Assembly: GCA_965204725.1 (NCBI GenBank)
Contig: OZ242005.1
Span: 3,296,001-3,360,000 of the forward strand
Source: Candidatus Latescibacterota bacterium
Lineage (GTDB): Bacteria > Latescibacterota > UBA2968 > UBA8231
Length of the DNA: 64,000 nucleotides
Direction: 5' to 3'
The translations under genes were made by a program, and so were the position numbers. Every line of letters starts with the position of its first letter. Positions within the stretch are counted from its first letter, which is position 1. The notes under the pieces are model-generated. The model saw only the letters and a list, made by a program, of their open reading frames with translations. It ran no database searches and was not told the DNA's origin. This document shows, in pieces, positions 37,176-45,661 of the stretch.

Positions 37176-38303
37176 TCATGTGGCCCATTCGGCGGCCAAT
37201 AGGCGCATATCCATCAAGGACATGCGGAGGATCTCGGCCCCTCGGCTAAGCGAGATCTCGTCGTTCTCGACCGCTCGGCGGACCAGCCGCCGAAGCCGAT
37301 CGTCTAAGCAGTCGGCGTCGGAGAGGCGATCCGGCTCTAGGCCCCGTTTTTCGTTGAACTCGTTTTCGGTGAGGGGCTGAGGCTCGTCAACCTTTTTTAG
37401 GGTCTTTCCGAAACGCCTTTGGTGCTGAATTTGGAAGATCTGGAACACGTTCTTTGGGGCCTCTTCCATCTGTACCAAACGGATCAGCACGGTCTTGTAG
37501 CTTACGTGGAAGATCCGCTTGACCTTGAGGATGCGCTCGTAAAGCGGGTGTCCTCTCGAGTCATGCCACTCCTGCTTGAAGGAGTCGTGCGGCATGAGGA
37601 AGTAGCTTGCGAATTCATCGGCTTGCCCTTCCTCCATTAAAGACTCCTCCTGTTCCCTGTAGTCGTAGGCACCCGGGTGCAGCAGCAAATGCCCGAGCTC
37701 GTGCGCGGCTGAGAAAATCCAGCGCTCCACCGAAATTCGCTCCCAAGTATTGATGACGACCGCCGGTCCGCCATCGTCTTCTTTAACCGAAAGCCCGAAG
37801 AAGGCATCGGTTGCACGGGGGAGGCGGAGGACCTTGATGCCGCATCTTTCGAGGATCCCGCAGATGTCGTGAATGGGCTGATCATCGAGCTTGAGAGTTT
37901 TTCGCGCCTTCTCGGCGACAGCCCGTGGACCGAGTTGCTGACTAGTTAGGAGGCTTCGCAGTTGAAAGGAGGGGGAATCTTCAAGCAACTGCTCGAGGAA
38001 GCTGTAGTCGTCGAGCCAATTGGAAACCTCGGCAAGCAACTGCTCGCGCTCCCGGACGCGCTTTCGAGCCCGAAAGCGCACGGTGTGCAGCGGGCGCACC
38101 GGGGTAGCGAGCTCGACGGTCGAGACCCCCAACGCGTGCGCCAACACGTGCATGGTAGCAGCGCGAGGCAGCGTTTGTCCTCGCTCTATCTTGGCCAAAC
38201 CAAGGCGCGATAGCTGCGCCCGATCCGCAAGGGCCTTCTGGCTTATCCCCTTTGAGGTACGCAGCCGCATCACGTTGGCACCGATCACACTCTTAGTGGA
38301 CAT
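37176..38303 (-). CDS. XRE-HTH / ImmA-IrrE (COG2856) zinc metallopeptidase fusion
   Basis: HTH_3 (ISQKALA..IERG..LAHALGV), FSAAHELGHLLLH, E.QADEFASYFLMP, C-terminal ISLSRGAEIL. Confidence 0.92.
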   Translation of the reverse strand: MSTKSVIGANVMRLRTSKGISQKALADRAQLSRLGLAKIERGQTLPRAATMHVLAHALGVSTVELATPVRPLHTVRFRARKRVREREQLLAEVSNWLDDYSFLEQLLEDSPSFQLRSLLTSQQLGPRAVAEKARKTLKLDDQPIHDICGILERCGIKVLRLPRATDAFFGLSVKEDDGGPAVVINTWERISVERWIFSAAHELGHLLLHPGAYDYREQEESLMEEGQADEFASYFLMPHDSFKQEWHDSRGHPLYERILKVKRIFHVSYKTVLIRLVQMEEAPKNVFQIFQIQHQRRFGKTLKKVDEPQPLTENEFNEKRGLEPDRLSDADCLDDRLRRLVRRAVENDEISLSRGAEILRMSLMDMRLLAAEWAT

Positions 38304-38462
38304 AGTAGCCTCTCCCTAATCTGGAAGGTTATTAAAAAACGGTTGTGTGAGACTCTCAACGCACCCGCGATCCTTAAATAAAACGCACAATTGCTAAGTA
38401 CGTAAAAAATAAACCTAAATCAATGCCGTACCACAACTTAGATGATAGAAAGCGCAGGTCTC

Positions 38463-39722
38463 TCATTTGGCCGAGTGCTGGGCCGTCAGCGACGAGAGGC
38501 GGCCCAAGTTTCTCAGCGCGGGGAAAAGGCCCGTCCACGCGGCGACGACCAGCAATGTGCCAATGCCGCCGCTGACGACCGAGAAGACCGGGTTGAACAA
38601 CTGGGCCACCAGCCCGGACTCAAAACCGCCGATCTCGTTGGAAGCCCCGACGAAGATGGCGGAGACGGCTTGGACCCGACCCCGCATCTCGTTGGGAGTG
38701 CCCATCTGCGAGATGACGCGGCGGATGACCATGCTGACGTTGTCAAAGGCGCCGGTCAGGGCCAGCATCAGCAGCGAGAACCAGAAATTTTGCGAGAGGC
38801 CAAAGAGAATGGTTGCCGCGCCAAAGCCGGCCACGCACCACAGCAGGGTTTGGCCGGCGCGGCGAATCGGCGGCCGGTGGGCGATGGCCAAGGCGGTGAT
38901 GCTGGCGCCAATGGCCGGGGCCGCGCGCAGCCAGCCGAGCGCGGCCTCGGGGGCGAGTCCGGTGGGGCCGAGGTCGATGATTTCGCGGGCGAAGATGGGC
39001 AAGAGATACACTGCGCCGCCCAAGAGTACGGCGAAGAGATCGAGGGAGATCGCGCCGAGCAGGAGCGGCTGGCTGCGGACGAAGTGTAGCCCGACGGCGA
39101 TCTGAGCGAACATGTTGCCCCCGCGAATGCGCGGAGCGGGAGGCAAGGCCATGGCGCTGAGGAAGAGGATAAAGGCCGCCGAGGAAACCGCGCTGAGGAG
39201 ATAGGCGGCTTGGAGATTGAAGGCGATGACAAAACCGCCGATGGCCGGTCCGGCAATGCCGGTGATTTGCATCAGACTGGTCGACCACTTGGCGGCGTTT
39301 TCAAAGAGCGCGTCCGGCACCAGCAAGGGCGCGATGGCCCGTTGGGCGGGCCAGCCTAGGCGGAGGAAGGACGAATCCAAAAAGAGCAGCCAGTACATTG
39401 AGTGGACCGGCATTTGGTACCAGCTAAAGGCGGCCAAGGCCAGCGAGCAGAGGGTCGCGCCGGCTAGACTGAGCATCATTAGCTTGCGGCGGTCGAAGAC
39501 GTCGGCTAGATACCCGGCGGGCAGCGTCAAGAGCAGCATGGGGATGGCTTGGACGAGGCCGACCATGCCGAGGGAGAGGGCTTGGCCGGTGCGGTCGTAC
39601 ACCTCCCAGCCGATGGCCAAACCTTGGGCGGCCGTACCCATCCGCACTAGCGAGGAGGCGATGAGATAACGCCGGAAGAGCGGGACGCGCAGGCTGGAAT
39701 AGGGGTCGTGTGTTTTGCGCAA
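38463..39722 (-). CDS. MFS transporter (EntS/MFS_3-like)
   Basis: About 12 TMs; G.LAD.FDRRK, LDLFAVLLGGA, MRGRV, GASNEIGGFESG. Confidence 0.92.
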   Translation of the reverse strand: MRKTHDPYSSLRVPLFRRYLIASSLVRMGTAAQGLAIGWEVYDRTGQALSLGMVGLVQAIPMLLLTLPAGYLADVFDRRKLMMLSLAGATLCSLALAAFSWYQMPVHSMYWLLFLDSSFLRLGWPAQRAIAPLLVPDALFENAAKWSTSLMQITGIAGPAIGGFVIAFNLQAAYLLSAVSSAAFILFLSAMALPPAPRIRGGNMFAQIAVGLHFVRSQPLLLGAISLDLFAVLLGGAVYLLPIFAREIIDLGPTGLAPEAALGWLRAAPAIGASITALAIAHRPPIRRAGQTLLWCVAGFGAATILFGLSQNFWFSLLMLALTGAFDNVSMVIRRVISQMGTPNEMRGRVQAVSAIFVGASNEIGGFESGLVAQLFNPVFSVVSGGIGTLLVVAAWTGLFPALRNLGRLSSLTAQHSAK

Positions 39723-39830
39723 ATCGGGAGCGGTGTGCTAGTTGTGAGCGGCGAGCGGTGCGGTCTCGCTAAATTACCGGTGTGCCGCTGACTCGCGCCA
39801 GTGGCATCCCGGGGAGAGTGTGGCCCATAA

Positions 39831-39980
39831 GGAGACTGCAATGCCCAGTTTACCTGTCCCAACGCCGTCGCCGCGGTTGAAAGCCACTTCATTCTGTCGA
39901 TTCACGAGAATTTTGCCGCGCAGGAGGTGGCCGATATTGCGGAGGCGTTTGCAAAGGTGGAGCGGGCGTATCTGCGGTAG
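39831..39980 (+). pseudogene. C-terminal remnant of a DegT/DnrJ-type aminotransferase
   Basis: Translates GDCNAQFTCPNAVAAVESHFILSIHENFAAQEVADIAEAFAKVERAYLR*; in-frame stop directly upstream, no 5' portion. Confidence 0.6.
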
Positions 39981-40125
39981 TATAGCCGTCTGGGTATGAG
40001 ATACTTCGCTGCGCTCAGTATGACAAGGGCTGGGGCACGAAGTATCCGTCTGTGTGTCATGCTGAGCGCAGCGCAGCGAAGTCGAAGCATCTCTCCATGC
40101 TTGCAAGTCATTTAGGACTGCTATA
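39981..40125. mobile_element. About 145-bp MITE/REPIN-like element, copy 1
   Basis: Ends TATAGCCGTC...GACTGCTATA; internal inverted REP-like doublet cttcgctgcgctcagtatgaca / tgtcatgctgagcgcagcg; near-identical inverted copy at 41229-41368. Confidence 0.8.
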
Positions 40126-40171
40126 AGAATATGTGTATAGTAGTTATGAGAAAGAGCAAAGTGAGACGATT

Positions 40172-41221
40172 ATGAAATTGCCCTCTGGACGCATTTGGTC
40201 GCATCGAGTATGCGATATGCTGGGGTTAAATCTAACCCATCCCCGTTTTGCGATTGACGACATTGACCTCGGCAAAAAAGACGCGAGTACTTGTCGCGGG
40301 GACTTTCCCAAGTTTGCCGAATGGGGAGTAGGGGTGGTGATGTGCAAGGGGGGCGCGGCTTACTACGACGACAACTACAAACCGCTGTGGCGTCAGGAGG
40401 CGGAATGGCGTCCGGGTCGCGGCGGCGAGGACATGTTCCTGAGTCTGGCGATCAAGAATCCGACTCAACTGGTGCTAGGGGTGCTCGACCGTTTTTTGCT
40501 AAACGTCGAAGCCCATCCCGAACAAGTGCTGCTGGTGCGGATGGCCCGGGACTTGGATGCTGCACAGGCGGCGGGCAAGGTCGCGGTATTGATGGGGGCC
40601 AATCGCAGCGACTGGTTCGGCGACAGCCCCGGCATCCTGCGGATGTTTGCCCGCCTCGGGCTGCGGATGATCACCTTGGGCCAAGCGACCCGCGAGTTGG
40701 GTTGGGACGCCTCTAATGAGACCCGTTCGGGTGGGCGGATGACCGAGTTGGGGGTGCGGATGATTGCGGAGATGAACGCGACCGGGATACTCATTGACTT
40801 GGCCCATAACAATGACCCCTGCGCCCTCGATATCATCGAAGTATCGACCAAGCCGGTGGTTGATTCGCACTCGAATCCGCGGGCATTGGTCGGCGATCTC
40901 AGGGCGGCCCCCGACGAGGTGATGCGGGCGTTGGCCGAGCGCGGAGGAGTGTTGGGGATCCCCCCGCCGATCGCCCGGCCGCCGGGGGACGCGCCCTATC
41001 GGGCGGTCGCGCCAGAACAGTTGGAGCAGACCTTGGTGCAAATTCGCTATGCTACGGATGTGATGGGTGTAGAAGGCGTGGGGATCGGCACCCACTTCAA
41101 CAGCGCGGTATTGCCTTGGGTAGTAGAGGGCTTGCTCGATGCGGGATTCACGCCAGAGGACACGAGCAAAATTTGCGGCGGGAATTACCTGCGGGTCTTG
41201 CGCGAGGTGCTGCCCGCGTAA
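40172..41221 (+). CDS. Membrane dipeptidase (peptidase M19)-like protein with divergent active site
   Basis: LGLRMITL, GRMTELG..MIAEMN.TGILIDLAH, SHSN.RAL, GVLGI, VGIGT, KICGGNYLRV. Confidence 0.85.
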   Translation: MKLPSGRIWSHRVCDMLGLNLTHPRFAIDDIDLGKKDASTCRGDFPKFAEWGVGVVMCKGGAAYYDDNYKPLWRQEAEWRPGRGGEDMFLSLAIKNPTQLVLGVLDRFLLNVEAHPEQVLLVRMARDLDAAQAAGKVAVLMGANRSDWFGDSPGILRMFARLGLRMITLGQATRELGWDASNETRSGGRMTELGVRMIAEMNATGILIDLAHNNDPCALDIIEVSTKPVVDSHSNPRALVGDLRAAPDEVMRALAERGGVLGIPPPIARPPGDAPYRAVAPEQLEQTLVQIRYATDVMGVEGVGIGTHFNSAVLPWVVEGLLDAGFTPEDTSKICGGNYLRVLREVLPA

Positions 41222-41228
41222 CGGGCGA

Positions 41229-41368
41229 TATAGCAATCCTACATGACTTGCAAACATGTAGAGATGCTTCGACTTCGCTGCGCTCAGCATGACACACAGA
41301 CGGAGGCTTCGTCCCCCAGACCTTGTCATACTGAGCAAAGCGAAGTATCTCATACCCAACACGCCATA
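41229..41368. mobile_element. MITE/REPIN-like element, copy 2 (inverted relative to copy 1)
   Basis: TATAGCAATCCTACATGACTTGCAA...gaagtatctcataccca; its reverse complement aligns along copy 1; outer end degenerate. Confidence 0.8.
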
Positions 41369-41408
41369 CACAACATCCCTTATAAGGATGTAGGTAGGAG
41401 GTTAGACG

Positions 41409-42689
41409 ATGAAGTGCTGGATTTTCGTTTTCAATCCGCTCGAACGCTACATGGCCAACTTCAAGCACATCTTCGACGCTTGGGAAGCGGGCGGAGTGCG
41501 CGGCATTGTGGTCGGGCGCATGTTCTTTGTGGAGGACGATGGCGGCCAAATCCCCGCCTTTCCCCAAGATCCCAAAGCCTACGCCGACTTGGGCCTAGAA
41601 GCACCGGCAGAGGGACCCCGCAATCTGGAAAAGGAGCGGGCACTCAGTGCTATGCTAGCGGACGCGGCCGGGCGCGGCTGGCATATCATGGTGTTCGACA
41701 GCGGCACCACCGCCCACGTGCAGAGCTTGATAAACCGCTATCCCCAAGTCAACGGAGTGATCATCGACGGCCCCGGCGAGAACCACTACGAGCTGGCTTG
41801 GCACCACGGCGGCGAACTCTTTGAATTGCGCGCTGGCGAGCGTCGCGAGTTCGCCAACTTGGGCTTTGCCATTGACCGGCTGGAGCGCGGCATTGCCCAC
41901 CTGCGCCAGCGTTTCCACAGCCTCACCCCCGACCTCGTGCGCTATTGGGCCCCGGGCGGGACTTTGGCCGGTCTGAATCTCTTTGACATCAACGAGGATG
42001 CCCTCTACTGGCTGCGAGCCCGGGGGGCAAGGTCGCGGCGTTCTTGGGAGCAGGCCCGCGCCGACTTGGACGGAGTGAACCGCTATGTCGAGCTGGGCGG
42101 CATTCCGCGCATCACCACCTTCTCTTCCCTGACCGGCCAAGATTACCAACAGATGCCGCCGTACTTCGACTATATCTTTCCCAAGCACTACTACTGGCAC
42201 CGCGGCTTTGACGGCATGTACGGCACCATTGCCCGCTGGGTGCAAAAGTTCGCCGAGTGGAATCCCTCCCTGACCGAGGCCGACTGCTTCCTGCTGGTCG
42301 AGTCGCTGTTCGGCCTGCGTCTGCCCAATGTCGAGTCGCTACTCGATATGGAGATGGGTTTTCCCGACGAGTTCTTCGCCGAAGTTGTGTACAGCGAAAC
42401 GCGGCGCGCCCTAGAGGCCATCAAAGACGTGGACAAAACCATCTTCTGGGTATCTACCGGCCGCGCCCCGCACGCCGGAGACGCCATGCCCGCCCGCGAC
42501 TTAGCCGGCATTCTCAAAGCCTCGGCGGCCGCCGGTGCCCAGCGTTTTCTCTTCCACCCAGACCCGGATCCCAGTCCGTCCGAGTGGAGCGTGATCAGCG
42601 GCCTGTGCGGCGCGCAATGGCGTCAATCGCGGGACGGGTACTGGCCGCCCAATGCGGCCAAACCAGACGAATACCTGCGCGGTCAATAG
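41409..42689 (+). CDS. Hypothetical protein (426 aa), possibly glycoside-hydrolase-like TIM barrel
   Basis: GGAGG RBS; long ORF with strong codon bias; GVIIDGP.E, YFDYIFPKHY. Fold assignment is a guess. Confidence 0.75.
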   Translation: MKCWIFVFNPLERYMANFKHIFDAWEAGGVRGIVVGRMFFVEDDGGQIPAFPQDPKAYADLGLEAPAEGPRNLEKERALSAMLADAAGRGWHIMVFDSGTTAHVQSLINRYPQVNGVIIDGPGENHYELAWHHGGELFELRAGERREFANLGFAIDRLERGIAHLRQRFHSLTPDLVRYWAPGGTLAGLNLFDINEDALYWLRARGARSRRSWEQARADLDGVNRYVELGGIPRITTFSSLTGQDYQQMPPYFDYIFPKHYYWHRGFDGMYGTIARWVQKFAEWNPSLTEADCFLLVESLFGLRLPNVESLLDMEMGFPDEFFAEVVYSETRRALEAIKDVDKTIFWVSTGRAPHAGDAMPARDLAGILKASAAAGAQRFLFHPDPDPSPSEWSVISGLCGAQWRQSRDGYWPPNAAKPDEYLRGQ

Positions 42690-42717
42690 GCCCCAAAGGG
42701 CTTTGCGGAGCGGGTGC

Positions 42718-42885
42718 TACCACGGCCCAGAATAGCCGGCGCTTGGAACCGGTGATAAGCTCACCCATCTTTAGCCCGTTGGCTACAGACGCCATGACAA
42801 AGGAACGCACTTCGGAGTGCCAGCCGTAGGAAAAGCCGAGGGCCACCAGACCCGAAGCACCCAAGGCCGAGCCGGCTGGCGTCTT
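42718..42885 (-). pseudogene. Internal fragment of a membrane-protein gene (recalled as DUF6785-like)
   Basis: GSALGASGLVALGFSYGWHSEVRSFVMASVANGLKMGE..KRRLFWAV; lacks credible start and end; sits at the GC boundary. Confidence 0.5.
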
Positions 42886-43001
42886 TTTAGCCAGGTGCAT
42901 TGTTGGAGCGGAATTCTCTTTTTCAACACTCGTCTCTATGGGCTATTATATGTCGTATTTTAACTAGTGAAGAAGTAGTTTGAACTATAAAAAGAGGCCG
43001 T

Positions 43002-43796
43002 TTATTTCTTCATCACTAGGCGTGCGCCAATAGCACAATAGCGGAGCGACGGATCAAAGCTGAAGCGTTTGGCCGACCGCACGTTGCGGGCATGATTGAC
43101 AAAGCCGCCTCCACGCATAACGCGGGTAGAGCCCGAAGCAGCTCCTGTAGAATCTATCTGTTTGGCGTTTGCATAGGAGCTGCTGTACCAGTCTTGCACC
43201 CACTCCCATACATTGCCGTGCATATCGTACAGACCCCATGGATTCGGCTGCTTTGAACCCACTGGCTGGGCAAATTTTCCCCTCGCGTTCCCCACGTTCT
43301 CTAGGTACCACGCATAGTCGCCCAACTGGCTTTCGTCGTCCCCAAAGGAACGGCTCGTCGTGGTCCCTGCCCGGCAGGCGTATTCCCACTCGGCTTCGGT
43401 AGGTAGGCGGTACAAATCCCTGTCGGCGGCTTCGTTCAAGCGGCGGAGAAATTCCTGCATATCGACCCATGAGATATAGACTGCCGGGTGATTTGGTTCG
43501 GCCTGGACATACTTGCGCCGGGTCCACGGTGCTGTCCCCATCACCGCGACCCATTGGGCTTGGGTAATCTCAAATTTACCCAAGTAGAATCCCTTGCTTA
43601 TCGAGACCTCGTGCTGTGGGCCTTCGTCTTCACCTCGTGTGGGGGATGAGGCTGGCGATCCCATCAGAAAAGTACCCGGTTCAATCCACACAAATTCCAT
43701 CGCGACTCCGTCGCGAAGTTCCACGACAATGTTCTCGGATCGCCCCACAGTCGCGCACGTGATGCCCATCATTAGGGCGGCAAAAATTTGCCTCAT
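43002..43796 (-). CDS. Secreted FGE-sulfatase (SUMF1/EgtB/PvdO) domain protein, lacking the FGE catalytic Cys pair
   Basis: GTFLMGS, EGPQHEV, RLPTEAEWEYACRAG, NPWGLYDMHGNVWEW, RVMRGG; hydrophobic N-terminus from the ATG at 43796. Confidence 0.92.
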   Translation of the reverse strand: MRQIFAALMMGITCATVGRSENIVVELRDGVAMEFVWIEPGTFLMGSPASSPTRGEDEGPQHEVSISKGFYLGKFEITQAQWVAVMGTAPWTRRKYVQAEPNHPAVYISWVDMQEFLRRLNEAADRDLYRLPTEAEWEYACRAGTTTSRSFGDDESQLGDYAWYLENVGNARGKFAQPVGSKQPNPWGLYDMHGNVWEWVQDWYSSSYANAKQIDSTGAASGSTRVMRGGGFVNHARNVRSAKRFSFDPSLRYCAIGARLVMKK

Positions 43797-43954
43797 TCCA
43801 CACCTCTGGTCCATGAATGGCGAGAATATATGATTTTTCAGCAAAAAAGCCGCAAAACCACCGCCCGCGTCCTATGATCCCCGTCCTTGCCGCAGCAAAG
43901 GGTAATTTCTATAATTGCGACCATGAGTTGCTTAATTCACCTCTACAGCGATGA

Positions 43955-45658
43955 GTGTATGAGTGTATGGACTTTTTTCACCAGCGTCGGCCCCTTGCCT
44001 CTGCCTTGGTGCTGGCCGTGCTGCTACCGAAATCTGTTCTACCCCAATTTACCGACCAGACGGAGGAGGCGCACATCGCCTTCCAATACGTGGCTGGCGG
44101 ACTTGAGAAAAAGCACATTGTCGAAACCTCCGGCGGCGGTGCTGCTTTTTTTGACTACGATAACGACGGCGATCTCGACCTATACACGGTCAATGGTGCT
44201 ACGGTCAATACCTATCGGCAAAAATCCGGCCCGGGCAATGTCCTCTATCGCAATCGAGGCAACGGAACCTTTGCCGATGTGGCTTTACCAGCCGGTGTCG
44301 GGGACCGCAGTTGGGGCATGGGCTGTACCGTGGGCGACATCGACGGCGACGGGCACCGCGATCTTTACGTGACTAATTATGGTCCCAATGTCCTCTACCG
44401 CAACCGAGGCAACGGAACCTTCGCGGACATTTCCACTGGGGTAGCAGGGAACGATTATAGCTCCAGCGCCGCTTTTTTTGATTACGATGGCGACGGCGAT
44501 CTCGACCTATACGTCGCCAATTATCTTGTTTACGATTTTGACTCTCCTCCAGATAAGGTCTGCACCTACGAGGGAATCGAGATCTTCTGCGGTCCCCAGG
44601 GCCTACCCGGAGCTGCCGACCTGTTCTATCGCAACAACGGAGACAATACCTTTACCGACGTCACTCGGCCCTCGGGTATCTCTTGGGCCAACCGCTATTA
44701 TGGGTTGGGTGTACTGCCCGAAGACTTCGACAACGATGGCGACATCGATATCTTCGTAGCCAATGACGCAACTCCCAATGTGCTCTTCGACAACAACCGC
44801 GATGGCACCTTTAGCGAAATTGGCCTAAAAGCAGGCATTGCGTATAACGAATACGGCGAAGAAGAGGCGGGGATGGGAGTCAGCGGCGGAGACTATGACG
44901 CCGACGGAGACCTCGACCTCTATATAACCCATTTTTTTCGCGAGAGTAATACCTTCTACCGCAACGACGGACCAGGCCATTTCAAAGATATAACGGCCCA
45001 GACTGGTCTAGAAGAACCCACGCTTGGAATGCTGGGGTGGGGCACCCAATTTTTCGATTATGACAGGGATGGCGACTTGGATCTATTCGTCGCTAATGGC
45101 CATGTCTATCCGCAGGTGGCTAGCGCTATTGCGAGCACTTTCTATCCCCAGCGCAATCAGTTAATCCGCAACGAAGGCAGCAATCGTCTAACCGATATAG
45201 GGGCTGCGGCTGGCCCGGGAATGGACCTTAAAAGAGTCAGCCGTGGTGCCAGTTTCGGCGACTACGACAACGACGGCGATATGGACATTTTCGTCGTCAA
45301 TTTGGATGAGGTGGCCACCCTGTTGCGCAACGATTTTGCCTCTGCCAACAACTGGCTCGTAGTACAACTTCTGGGGCGTGGCCCCAATCGCGATGCCGTC
45401 GGAGCCAAGATACGCTTGCTGGTCGACGGCCGACCCCAGTGGCGCACGGCTAATGGTGCTTCTAGCTATCTCTCCTATAACGATATGCGTATTTTCTTTG
45501 GCCTAGGTGAGGCGGAAGAGGCAGATGAAGTGGAGATCACTTGGCCCGATGGAACTCGTCAGACAGTGCCATCGGCACCGGCCAATAAGCTGTTGGTAGT
45601 TCGCCAGAACGGCTCCTACGCCTTCTTGGAGATGGGGGTCAACCTTTACGCAGAGTAG
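43955..45658 (+). CDS. CRTAC1-family FG-GAP / ASPIC-UnbV protein
   Basis: FDYDNDGDLDLY repeats, ANGHVYP, SRGASFGDYDNDGD, FFGLG..WPDG; signal peptide. Start may be the ATG at 43967. Confidence 0.93.
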   Translation: MYECMDFFHQRRPLASALVLAVLLPKSVLPQFTDQTEEAHIAFQYVAGGLEKKHIVETSGGGAAFFDYDNDGDLDLYTVNGATVNTYRQKSGPGNVLYRNRGNGTFADVALPAGVGDRSWGMGCTVGDIDGDGHRDLYVTNYGPNVLYRNRGNGTFADISTGVAGNDYSSSAAFFDYDGDGDLDLYVANYLVYDFDSPPDKVCTYEGIEIFCGPQGLPGAADLFYRNNGDNTFTDVTRPSGISWANRYYGLGVLPEDFDNDGDIDIFVANDATPNVLFDNNRDGTFSEIGLKAGIAYNEYGEEEAGMGVSGGDYDADGDLDLYITHFFRESNTFYRNDGPGHFKDITAQTGLEEPTLGMLGWGTQFFDYDRDGDLDLFVANGHVYPQVASAIASTFYPQRNQLIRNEGSNRLTDIGAAAGPGMDLKRVSRGASFGDYDNDGDMDIFVVNLDEVATLLRNDFASANNWLVVQLLGRGPNRDAVGAKIRLLVDGRPQWRTANGASSYLSYNDMRIFFGLGEAEEADEVEITWPDGTRQTVPSAPANKLLVVRQNGSYAFLEMGVNLYAE

Positions 45659-45661
45659 GAC

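Noticed and set aside
43002-43796. FGE-domain gene as a DGR target or true formylglycine-generating enzyme
   Set aside because: No template repeat or reverse transcriptase seen in the window; the catalytic Cys motif is absent.
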